DNA of 64,000 nucleotides from an uncultured Acidobacteriota bacterium. GTDB taxonomy: Bacteria; Acidobacteriota; Terriglobia; Terriglobales; Acidobacteriaceae. Made by a program: the position numbers and the translations under genes. Position 1 is the stretch's first letter, and each line of letters begins with the position of its first letter. The DNA is taken from contig CAWAZR010000011.1 in NCBI GenBank assembly GCA_963786565.1, positions 271,592 through 335,591 of the forward strand, in the 5' to 3' direction. Shown in pieces: positions 27,707 to 36,335 of this stretch. The notes beneath the pieces are model-generated. The model was not told the DNA's origin. It saw only the letters and a list, made by a program, of their open reading frames with translations, and searched no databases.

Positions 27707-29326
27707 CTAGGATTGGTTATATACTCCGGTCGGTGAGTGGAGACTCGACGGCTTTTCCGTCGGGCTCGTTGACCGTTCCGCTTCGACTTCCGGTTTGGGT
27801 TTCTTGCGGACTCCCAGGTTGTTGATCGCGTAATCGATAAAAGGTGACTTGAGTTCGGGGTCCTGTCCCAGGAAGCGGCAGGTCGCCACCACTTGATCCA
27901 CGATGAACCGTGGATGATAGCAGGCAAGATCGAGGCCCATCTCTTCCCTCACCATGTAGACCATGAAGTTGAACACATCGTCGCGCAGCGTCAGGCCCTG
28001 CCGCGTGCACTCCCTGTCGAAGATGATCCGGTAGTGCTCCAGGTCCGGCGGACCCACCTCGATCTTGTAGGGAAGGCGTCGCAGGAAGGCGGGATCCATC
28101 AGGTCTTCCGGTTCCAGGTTGGTGGAGAAGATCACCAGTTCCTCGAACGGAATGCTGAAGGTCTTGCCGGTATGCAGCTTGAGATAGTCCACGCGGCTTT
28201 CCAGCGGCACAATCCAGCGATTCAGCAGATTGGCCGGGCTTACCAGCTGCCGGCCGAAGTCGTCGATGAGAAAGCATCCGCCCAATGCCTTCATGTGCAG
28301 CGGGGCTTCGTAGAAGTGGCCCGCTTCGTCGTAGCGCAGGTCGAGCATCTCCAGCGTCAGTTCGCCGCCAGTGATCACGAAGGGCCTGCGGCACGTAACC
28401 CAACGCGTATCGTAGGTCTCCCGGCGGATAAATGATTGGCTATCGTCTTCGCCCTCCGCCAACGGGCTGATGGGAATATGCACGCTGGGATCGTAGAAGC
28501 GGATGATCTGGCCTTCTACGATGATGGCGTACGGTACATAGATCACATCGTGAAAGACGCTTGCGAATCTGAGCGCGACGGAGGTTTTGCCGTTTCCCGG
28601 AGGACCGTAGAGCAGGATGGCCCTGCCCGAATTCAACGCCGGCCCGGTTTGTTCCACGATACTGTCAGCCAGTGTCAGCTCGCTGACTGCCTTGCGGATT
28701 CGATCCGCGGTAATGCGCTCGTTGGTGGGCTTCTGAAGATTGACGCGGTCGACAAACTCCGCCAGGGTCACCGGAGCGGGCCCGACGTAACCCATGCGCT
28801 TGATCGCTTCCTGCGTCCAGCGCCGGCCCTCGTCGGTCAGCGCATAAGTCATACCGATGGGACTATCGGAGTTGCGCGATCCCAGCACGTAGAGCAACTG
28901 CCGTTCGATCGCAAGCTGGGTCAGGTCGATCACGATCGTCATCGGCAGCTTGATGGCTTCCGCATACTGGGCGATGCCGCTCAGACCGAAGGTATAAATC
29001 ACCTTCATCAGCAGGGCGAGAAGTTCGGTTTCCTCGAGGCCGGTGGCGGCAATGTCTTTGGGTTCCTTCGGAATGCGGTGGATAAATCCGTTTAGCACAG
29101 CCTCATCGATGGCCCCTACGGCCACAAGGTTGTCGCCAAGACGCCCGCCGTGTATCTTCAGCCGTTCCAGCGCCGCCGTCACATCCTTTTCTGTGACCAG
29201 CTTTGCCCGGACTAACAGATCGCCCAGTCGCACTCGCGCTTCGATGGTATCCCCCCGGCAATCCTTCTGCCTTTTAGCCCCAATGGCGGAATGTCTCAGG
29301 CTCCAGTGGCGTCGCGGACGGCACAC
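27707..29326 (-). CDS. AAA+ ATPase with N-terminal MshEN-like (T2SSE_N) domain
   Basis: N-terminus RLGDLLVRAKLVTEKDVTAALERL-KIHGG-RLGDNLVAVGAIDEAVLNGFIHRI, Walker A LLYGPPGNGKTSVA, Walker B CFLIDDFGRQ. The start is uncertain: the GTG at 29326, or the in-frame GTG just before the first RLG motif. Confidence 0.7.
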   Translation of the reverse strand: MCRPRRHWSLRHSAIGAKRQKDCRGDTIEARVRLGDLLVRAKLVTEKDVTAALERLKIHGGRLGDNLVAVGAIDEAVLNGFIHRIPKEPKDIAATGLEETELLALLMKVIYTFGLSGIAQYAEAIKLPMTIVIDLTQLAIERQLLYVLGSRNSDSPIGMTYALTDEGRRWTQEAIKRMGYVGPAPVTLAEFVDRVNLQKPTNERITADRIRKAVSELTLADSIVEQTGPALNSGRAILLYGPPGNGKTSVALRFASVFHDVIYVPYAIIVEGQIIRFYDPSVHIPISPLAEGEDDSQSFIRRETYDTRWVTCRRPFVITGGELTLEMLDLRYDEAGHFYEAPLHMKALGGCFLIDDFGRQLVSPANLLNRWIVPLESRVDYLKLHTGKTFSIPFEELVIFSTNLEPEDLMDPAFLRRLPYKIEVGPPDLEHYRIIFDRECTRQGLTLRDDVFNFMVYMVREEMGLDLACYHPRFIVDQVVATCRFLGQDPELKSPFIDYAINNLGVRKKPKPEVEAERSTSPTEKPSSLHSPTGVYNQS

Positions 29327-29425
29327 ACAAAGGCAACCTTCGGCACACTCAAGTGTAAGTGGTGGCTAAAGTGCAAAAAATCCCCCGTTGGAGGGTAACG
29401 TTACTGTGCGATTTAAAATGGAATT

Positions 29426-31069
29426 GTGAAGATCGCGCTGGCCCAGATCGACCCCACGGTTGGTGATTTTACTGGAAACCTCGAGAAGATCGTTGCCGCC
29501 AGCCGCCGCGCGGCGGAACAGGGCGCGCGCCTTGCGGTCTTTTCCGAGCTCGCCATCTGCGGCTATCCTCCCGCCGACTTTCTTGAGAAACCCAGCTTCC
29601 TGGCGCGCTGCCGCTCGGCCGTGGACGAGCTGGCTGCGGCAACGCGCGAGTTGCCCATTGCCGTGCTTGCCGGCGTCGCGCTTCCTGCCGACGGAAAGGA
29701 TGGAAAACCGGCCTTCAACGCCGCCGTCCTCCTCGACAAAGGCAACTTGCTTCTCGAACAGCACAAACGGCTCCTGCCCTTTTACGATGTCTTTGACGAA
29801 CAGCGTTACTTCTCTGCGGCTGAATCTCAGAAGGTGATCGAGATCGACGGCGTTCGCCTTGCTATTACCATTTGCGAGGACGCGTGGAACGACAAGGGCT
29901 TCTGGCCGCGCCGCCTCTACGCCGTCGATCCAGTGGAAGAACTGATGCGCCAGAACCCGGCGCTGCACATCAACCTTTCCTCGTCGCCGTTCTGGCATTC
30001 CAAGCGCACCATCCGTCGTGAGATGTTGGCCGCCATCGCCCGACGCGACGGAATTCCGGTGCTGATGTGCAATCAGGTGGGCGGCAACGACAGCCTGATC
30101 TTTGATGGCTCCTCCTTCGCGCTCAACGGACGCGGCGAACTGATTGCGCAGGCAGCTTCGTTCGTCGAGGATCTGGTTTTTGTCGATCCTTTCCATGCCC
30201 AGCCGGTTCCGGTTCCTGAAGACGATGCTACCGAGGCCGCCTATCGCGCCCTGGTGCTGGGCACACGCGATTATGTGCGCAAATGCGGCTTCAGCAAGGC
30301 CATCGTGGGCTTGAGCGGCGGCATCGACTCCGCTCTGGTAGCCGCCATCGCTGCCGAGGCTCTGGGCGCAGAGAATGTAATCGGCGTCGGCATGCCCAGC
30401 CCCTACTCTTCCGCAGGTTCCATCGACGACAGCCAACGCCTGGCAGCCAACCTCGGCATCCGTTTTGAAACCATCTCCATCAAATCGCTGTTTGCCGAGT
30501 TCAACCAGGCTCTCGCGCCGCTTTTTCACGGCATGAAGGATGACATTACGGAGGAGAACATCCAGCCGCGCATTCGCGGCACGCTCCTGATGGCGCTTTC
30601 CAACAAATTCGGCGCGCTGGTGCTCACCACCGGCAACAAGTCCGAAATGGCGGTGGGTTACTGTACGCTCTACGGCGACATGGTGGGCGCCCTGGCGGTC
30701 ATCGGCGATCTGGTCAAGACGCGCGTCTATGCGGTCTGCAATTGGCTCAACCGAGACAAGGAAATCATCCCTTCCGCCATCCTCACCAAGCCGCCCACCG
30801 CCGAACTGCGTCCCGGCCAGATGGACACCGACTCGCTTCCCCCGTACGAGGTGCTCGATCCCATCGTCGAGGCTTACGTGGAGCGCTACGAAACGCCGGA
30901 ACGCATTGCTGCCGAGCACGGATTCCCACTTGATCTGGTCCTGCAAACCGTGCGTCTTATCGAGCGCTCCCAATACAAACGCCAGCAGGCCGCCCCGGTT
31001 CTCAAAGTCACTGCCAAGTCATTTGGAATGGGGCGCAGATTTCCCATTGCCGTCAAAGTGCAGGTGTAG
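29426..31069 (+). CDS. nadE: glutamine-dependent NAD+ synthetase
   Basis: N-terminal CN-hydrolase domain plus a C-terminal NAD synthetase domain with the PP-loop GLSGGIDSALVA. GTG start. Confidence 0.9.
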   Translation: MKIALAQIDPTVGDFTGNLEKIVAASRRAAEQGARLAVFSELAICGYPPADFLEKPSFLARCRSAVDELAAATRELPIAVLAGVALPADGKDGKPAFNAAVLLDKGNLLLEQHKRLLPFYDVFDEQRYFSAAESQKVIEIDGVRLAITICEDAWNDKGFWPRRLYAVDPVEELMRQNPALHINLSSSPFWHSKRTIRREMLAAIARRDGIPVLMCNQVGGNDSLIFDGSSFALNGRGELIAQAASFVEDLVFVDPFHAQPVPVPEDDATEAAYRALVLGTRDYVRKCGFSKAIVGLSGGIDSALVAAIAAEALGAENVIGVGMPSPYSSAGSIDDSQRLAANLGIRFETISIKSLFAEFNQALAPLFHGMKDDITEENIQPRIRGTLLMALSNKFGALVLTTGNKSEMAVGYCTLYGDMVGALAVIGDLVKTRVYAVCNWLNRDKEIIPSAILTKPPTAELRPGQMDTDSLPPYEVLDPIVEAYVERYETPERIAAEHGFPLDLVLQTVRLIERSQYKRQQAAPVLKVTAKSFGMGRRFPIAVKVQV

Positions 31070-31206
31070 GAAGCGAGACGGCGAAGTAAGTGAAATGAGT
31101 GAAACGAGTACAGGCGCCCCGGAGCCGGAATCCGTTCCGGTTCACTCCCTTCACTTTCCTCACTCCTTTCACTTTCTTCACTCCTTTCACTCGTTCACTC
31201 CTCCCG
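31069..31206. repeat. purine-arm / pyrimidine-arm repeat block (AGTGAA units versus about 7 TTCACTYY units) around a small hairpin
   Basis: GGAAGCGAGACGGCGAAGTAAGTGAAATGAGTGAAACGAGT ... CCGGAATCCGTTCCGG ... TTCACTCCCTTCACTTTCCTCACTCCTTTCACTTTCTTCACTCCTTTCACTCGTTCACTCC. Confidence 0.6.
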
Positions 31207-31276
31207 CTATAGCCCCCACCCGGTATCGGCAATTAAGCTATAGTCAGGGAGCTTTCCCGCGTTTAAGGAGAACCGC

Positions 31277-32311
31277 TTGATCCGTCCGTCTGTTCGTTTG
31301 CTCAGCGCCGCAGCGCTGATTGCCATCTTCGTTCCGGTATTCCCGGCCGCTGCCCAGCAGCATGTGCCACCAGCGCCCGATGCCAGCGCCCCGCAGGCGC
31401 CTGCCGCACCGGGACCGTCCGCCACTGAACCCTCGGCCCCGGCTCCGACGGCCGCACCGGTGTTTCCCAAGCCCAATCCAGCAGACTTTACCGCGTCCTC
31501 GCCGACCAAGGAAGCCGTAAATGCGTTTCTCACCGCGAATTGGGGATTCGACGAGAACCGCGTCTGGCAGGTGGAGGCCATTCTCACCACGCAAGCGCCG
31601 AACGTGAGCCAGGTAATCGTCTTCATCGGCGACAAGACAGGCAAGGAAAAGCCCGCGAGGTTCTCCTTTTTTGTGCTGCCCGACGGCAAGCACATCATCA
31701 GCGGCGAGAGCATCATCAACTTTGGCGATCATCCCTTCGCGGAATTCCGCCAGGCGATGCAGCAAGGCGCCGACGGCCCGTATCGCGGCTCGGCATCGAA
31801 GGATCTGGAACTGGTAGAGTTCGCTGACTTCCAATGCCCGCACTGCAAAGAGGCGCAAGCCAACATGGAGAAGCTGGTCGCGGATTTTCCCAAGGCGCGC
31901 ATCGTCTTTCAGAACTTTCCCATCGCGTCCATCCATCCTGCCTCCGTGCAGGCGGCTGAGTACGGCCTCTGCGTGAACAAGCAGGGCGGGAGCACCGCCT
32001 TCTTCCAATTCGCCTCGGCAGTGTTCGACGGCCAGGATGGCCTTGCCACTCCTGACGGCGCAGCCCTTACCCTCAACAGCGCCGTCATCAAGGCGGGACT
32101 CGATCCCACCAAGGTCTCGGCGTGCGCCGCGACGCCTGAGATCAAGGCCAATGTCGATGCCTCCATCAAGCTTGGCACCGACGCGGGCATTAACTCGGTT
32201 CCAACCCTCGTCATCAACGGCCACGAAGTTCCCGTCGGCCAGATTCCTTACGAGACTCTGAAGAAGATCGTCGAATTCCAGGCCAAGCTCGACGGCGTTT
32301 CCGGCCAGTAA
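31277..32311 (+). CDS. secreted DsbA-family thiol:disulfide oxidoreductase
   Basis: Signal peptide, Ala/Pro-rich linker, and a thioredoxin fold with the CPHC active site (FADFQCPHCKEA). TTG start. Confidence 0.8.
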   Translation: MIRPSVRLLSAAALIAIFVPVFPAAAQQHVPPAPDASAPQAPAAPGPSATEPSAPAPTAAPVFPKPNPADFTASSPTKEAVNAFLTANWGFDENRVWQVEAILTTQAPNVSQVIVFIGDKTGKEKPARFSFFVLPDGKHIISGESIINFGDHPFAEFRQAMQQGADGPYRGSASKDLELVEFADFQCPHCKEAQANMEKLVADFPKARIVFQNFPIASIHPASVQAAEYGLCVNKQGGSTAFFQFASAVFDGQDGLATPDGAALTLNSAVIKAGLDPTKVSACAATPEIKANVDASIKLGTDAGINSVPTLVINGHEVPVGQIPYETLKKIVEFQAKLDGVSGQ

Positions 32312-32327
32312 CTGGTTCCTGATGCAT

Positions 32328-32361
32328 CGTGCCCCGTTCTCGCTTTGCGAGGGCGGGGCAC
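32328..32361 (+). repeat. family E stem-loop repeat, copy E5 (may also terminate the dsbA-like gene)
   Basis: GTGCCCCGTTCTCGC-TTT-GCGAGGGCGGGGCAC: a 14-bp stem including two G-T wobbles, followed by ATTCTTTATT. Confidence 0.65.
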
Positions 32362-32440
32362 ATTCTTTATTGCGTCCCGCTTTTTTCCACCCGGCAGGTA
32401 GCGCACCCTATATTTTTGAGATCCTAACCTTCTTACAACT

Positions 32441-32485
32441 GAGGGTGCCCCATCCTTCGCTTTTTTCTGGCGAAGGGTGGGCAGC
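32441..32485 (+). repeat. family E stem-loop repeat, copy E1
   Basis: GAGGGTGCCCCATCCTTCGC-TTTTTTCTG-GCGAAGGGTGGGCAG. Confidence 0.8.
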
Positions 32486-32527
32486 CACGAACCTTGCTTT
32501 TCGGAACGGGAGTAGAATTGTTCCGTC

Positions 32528-33061
32528 ATGACACGGCTGGCTCGTTATCAGCAATGCGGCTGTTTCCATTTTGTGACCTTCAGTTGTTATCGTCGTCGGC
32601 CGTTGCTGGGCACGGCGGCGGCGTACGCCATCTTCCAGCGGGAGTTTGAGGCAGTGCGTCTGCGGTACGGCATTGTGGTTGCCGGATATGTTCTTATGCC
32701 GGAGCACGTTCATTTGCTTGTCGGGGAGCCGCGGCGCTCGTCGCTGTCGATTGCGCTGCAAGTGCTGAAGCAGCAGACCTCGCGCAAACTGAAGGCACGC
32801 GGCGCGGTTGCGTTCTGGCAGCGGCGCTACTACGACTTCAATGTGTGGAGTGAAGAAAAGCGTGTCGAGAAGCTGCGCTATATGCATCGCAATCCAGTGA
32901 CACGCGGATTGGTCGCCAGGCCAGAAGATTGGCCATGGTCCAGCTTTTGCCATTACGCAACCGGAATCGAGGGCACAGTCGAGATCGAATCGCAATGGGC
33001 AGCTTTCCGGCGAGGGAATCAACTACCCGAGCATCTCCGGTACGCCGGAAAGCACGGTTGA
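32528..33061 (+). CDS. REP-associated tyrosine transposase (RAYT; IS200/IS605-like Y1 transposase)
   Basis: HUH motif PEHVHLLV, catalytic Tyr region FWQRRYYDFNVW, and YMHRNPVTRGLV typical of RAYTs. Flanked by inverted repeats. Confidence 0.85.
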   Translation: MTRLARYQQCGCFHFVTFSCYRRRPLLGTAAAYAIFQREFEAVRLRYGIVVAGYVLMPEHVHLLVGEPRRSSLSIALQVLKQQTSRKLKARGAVAFWQRRYYDFNVWSEEKRVEKLRYMHRNPVTRGLVARPEDWPWSSFCHYATGIEGTVEIESQWAAFRRGNQLPEHLRYAGKHG

Positions 33062-33071
33062 GGATCGTGCT

Positions 33072-33119
33072 CTCCCACCCTTCGTGCGATGAAACTGCGC
33101 GAAGGATGGGGCACCCTCG
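33072..33119 (-). repeat. family E stem-loop repeat, copy E2 (inverted relative to E1)
   Basis: The reverse complement reads GAGGGTGCCCCATCCTTCGC-GCAGTTTCATCGCAC-GAAGGGTGGGAG. The 20-nt 5' part is identical to E1. Confidence 0.8.
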
Positions 33120-33199
33120 ATGGAGGGAGAATGAAGATGAAAAAAGCCTGGGCCACCCGCCAATATCCATGTCCGATATGAGAGGGCGAAGCACTCCCT

Positions 33200-35213
33200 T
33201 TACGGCGTTGCGCTTTTTTCCACTCGCATCATCACTGTGTGTCCCGCGGCTTGTGGTCCGCGGACCACGTGCGGCGTCATCACAATCACCAGCGTCGCGT
33301 AGCTCCTCTGCGAATCCTTATCCGTGACGTTGTTCATTCCCGGGATCTCGCTAAGCCCGGGAGTTCCGCTGATTGCCTGGCTCTGCGACTTGTCCATCTC
33401 CGTGGCCACTACCGTCGCCTCGCCCGCTTTCAGCGTCACCACGCCGCTGTATTCCCGGTTATTGAGCACCGGATTGCCGTCGATCGAGGTTCCGGCAAGC
33501 GCGTCGAGCTTCATTTCAACGGTCAGTGCCACGTCGCCGTTGCGGAGTGCCTTGGGCGTTACGGTCAACGTCAAACCCAGGTCCTGGTACTGCACCATCG
33601 GAACATTCGGCACCGTACTTGTAAGGGAGGACAGCAGGGAACTGAGGCTGCTCGATGTGCCTGCTCCGGTCAATCCTGGAATGCTCCCGGCGCTTCCCGA
33701 CAGGCTCGAAAAGGAAGAGGTCTGGATGGGATATTTTTCGCCAAGCTTGAGTTCGCCCTTTTCACCGTCCTCAAGGCGGAGCTGAACCTGATCGAGCTCG
33801 CGCGAGTCGGACGTATTCAGATTGAGGTTGTAAGCAGTTTTCCCCGGAACCAGGGCCGACTGCGTAAGTCCGCCACCGAACAGGGCAAAGCCGCTGGAGA
33901 GCAGAGGGCTTGAAACCTGGCCCGAGGCGATGAGAATGCCAAGAATTGCCAGGGGATCGTTGGGCGAAGCCAATCCCGAAGAAATGATCTGCTGCACCAG
34001 GCTTTGGTTGGCGTTCAAAATTGACTGCTCTTCTGCATACACATTGAAGGCCGCGATGCTCTGCGGTAATTGCGCACCGGTGTTGCGATCGCTGGTGTGT
34101 GCCACCTGGATGAGGCGCACATCGAGCAATACCTGGCTCCGCCCGTCGAGAAGGCTCTGCATGGTGGCGTTGAAGGCTTCCAGTGTGCGTTGGGGAGCGC
34201 GTAGAGTAATGGCGTGTTCGCTGAGCGAAAGCGTCGCCTGCTGCACAACGAAAATATTCCTTGCCACCGACAACACGTCGTTCAATTCATCGTCGCTCAA
34301 CCCGTTCAGGTAGACCGTTTCCACGTCCTGGCGCAGAAACTGATTGCGGTTCGCGGTGGTGTCGGCTGCCACCAGCGCGCGATGCGCATCCAGCGGCACA
34401 AAGAACGTGTTCGTGACCAGGCTCAACACCTGCGCCGCCTGCTCAAAGCTGACGTCGTCCACATCGAACCGGGTCAGGAATGGGTGCACGCTGGTGTCGA
34501 GCATGGCCGTCATGCCGTAGGCGTGAAAGACCTGGAGGATGATTTGCTCCCGATCGTTGCGCAGATGAAAGCTATGCACGCCCGGAGCGGGTTCCAGCTG
34601 CACGGGTCCAGCCGGGGAACTGCCGCTCTGCTCGTAGATCGCTTGCGGCTGGCTGCGCACGGAGTCGTCGGCCAACTCGTCAAGATGCTGGTTGATTTCA
34701 ATGTTCGTGGGGTCGAGCGCGCGGGCGCGCTCCAGCGCATCGCGCGCCGCAGCCTCATTGTTCAGCAGCCGATCCTTGGCTGCCTCCTGAATCAACTCGG
34801 TGACCGCGTGGTTGCGCGCCACATCGGCTGCCAGCCGATAGTTGGCATTCGCCGGATCGAGTACGGCGGCGTGCTCATAGTCCTTCAGGGCAGCTTCAAA
34901 CTGGCGATCGAGGAATAATTTGCTCGCATCGAGATAAAGTTTGGTGGCTCGCCGCCTGTCGCTTGAGCGCGGCTGCGTAGTTTCCGAACGCGGCTGCGCG
35001 GTCACTTTGTCCGTAGCTGCACTGGGAGCGGTCGCCGGCGTGGTCTGGCCTTCGGGCGCGTTTTGACCTGCGGGCGCCGCCGCGGGAGTCGCGGTTTGCG
35101 CCGAAAGAGCGCCTGTAAACAGGACCAGCGCCAGGCCCGCGCAACAGTTCCGGGCCAGGGATCCGGCTTGCCCGCACGCCCGCGCGGCCTGGGTTTTGCC
35201 GCCGCGGCTTCAT
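33200..35213 (-). CDS. secretin (GspD/PilQ superfamily) with TPR-like N-terminal region; 5' end shows a frame discontinuity
   Basis: C-terminal secretin domain (GTPGLSEIPGMNNV...ATLVIVMTPHVV). The reading frame stays open upstream of the track start and encodes LARNCCAGLALVLFTGALSAQ (a signal-peptide h-region), but the only ATG (35213, 10 nt after the HAD stop) is in a different frame. Confidence 0.7.
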
Positions 35214-35223
35214 GGCCTGCCCT

Positions 35224-35964
35224 TCATACTCTGCTCTTGACCGTGGCCAGCAAATCGGCCAGCGAGGTGACGCAGACTTCAGGCTGGTGCTCCTTCAGCT
35301 CATCGAAGCTGAATTTGCCGGTCGCCACGGCGATTACGCTCAGGAAATTAGCTCGCGCCGCTTCAATATCGCGCGGCGTGTCGCCGACCACGCATATCTT
35401 TGCGTCCTTGCCGGCCATCTCACGCGCCTTCCACGCCGCGTGAGCGATCAGCTCCCCACGGATGGGGAAGTGATCGCTGAAGCCGCCAAAGCGGAACCAC
35501 TCCCGCAAACCGGCCTTCTCAATCTTGATCCAGCCGATGGTTTCCAGATTGCCCGTGGCCACGCCCAGCAATGCGCCTTTCTGGGCCAGGTGGCGCAGCG
35601 CGTCTTCCACGCCCGGCATCAATGCCAGGTCCAGCTCGTGACGTCGCTCGGCAACGCTGTTGCGCATGGCTTCCAGGATGGCTTCCACGCGCTCTTCCAG
35701 CAGCGGTGCGGGAATCTCCGCCTGGCGGCAGGCCTCGCGCAAGATGGCAGTATCGGTATTGCCGTGCAGCAGGATGCCGCTCAGAGTGATCTCAAAGCCC
35801 GTCACGCGCTGCACGCTGGCGGCGAAGGAGTCAAAGTGCACGCGGTCACGGCTGCGCAACAGGGTGCCGTCAATGTCGAAGAGATAGGCGTCCTGCCCGT
35901 CCCAGGCAAAGTCCGGCTCTATCGCGACGCGGGCTGTGGGGTTCTGCGAGGTTGTTGGCATCAT
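35224..35964 (-). CDS. HAD-superfamily hydrolase (phosphoglycolate phosphatase-like)
   Basis: Motif I YLFDIDGTLL, motif II GVATGN, and motif III/IV KICVVGDTPRDIEAA. Confidence 0.8.
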   Translation of the reverse strand: MMPTTSQNPTARVAIEPDFAWDGQDAYLFDIDGTLLRSRDRVHFDSFAASVQRVTGFEITLSGILLHGNTDTAILREACRQAEIPAPLLEERVEAILEAMRNSVAERRHELDLALMPGVEDALRHLAQKGALLGVATGNLETIGWIKIEKAGLREWFRFGGFSDHFPIRGELIAHAAWKAREMAGKDAKICVVGDTPRDIEAARANFLSVIAVATGKFSFDELKEHQPEVCVTSLADLLATVKSRV

Positions 35965-35978
35965 GTTGGGCTGCGTCT

Positions 35979-36335
35979 TCAGCCCTGGCGGTAGCCTTGG
36001 CGAACAACGCTGAATACAGGACGTTCGCTGCGCGGCGGACGCTTGAGCCCGGCCCGCACTTCGGCCAGATCCAGTCCCAGGTCGGCCATGGCGCGGCTCA
36101 GCGTGTTACGGTGCATGCCCAACTCTTCGGCCGCCTTACACTGGTTCCCCCGGTGTGCCACAAGCACCTCGCGCAGATACTGCCTCTTAAATTCCCGCAC
36201 TGCTTCCTCATAGCGGATGCCGCTTGAGTGCATTTGCGTCACCAGGCTGTCCAGTTCTCGTCTCACGCTTCCCTCGTGCTTGTGTTGCTCAAATAGTGTA
36301 ACCGCCGCGCCGCCGATTTTCTCAAGAAGCGCCAT
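35979..36335 (-). CDS. Fis-type helix-turn-helix DNA-binding protein
   Basis: C-terminal HTH_8 pattern REVLVAHRGNQCKAAEELGMHRNTLSRAM. It overlaps the cvpA 3' end by 14 nt. Confidence 0.65.
   Translation of the reverse strand: MALLEKIGGAAVTLFEQHKHEGSVRRELDSLVTQMHSSGIRYEEAVREFKRQYLREVLVAHRGNQCKAAEELGMHRNTLSRAMADLGLDLAEVRAGLKRPPRSERPVFSVVRQGYRQG

Larger units (their letters stand above)
32328..33119 (+). mobile_element. REPtron-like unit: RAYT gene bracketed by family E stem-loop repeats
   Basis: Two direct copies lie upstream (32328..32361, 32441..32485) and one inverted copy downstream (33072..33119) of the Y1 transposase gene. Confidence 0.75.

Noticed and set aside
29366-30973. 535-aa ORF antisense to nadE
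   Set aside because: nadE has unmistakable CN-hydrolase and PP-loop motifs. The antisense product is low-complexity (Arg/Gly/Ala/Asp-rich), resembling the known spurious antisense-ORF families. It has no start context.
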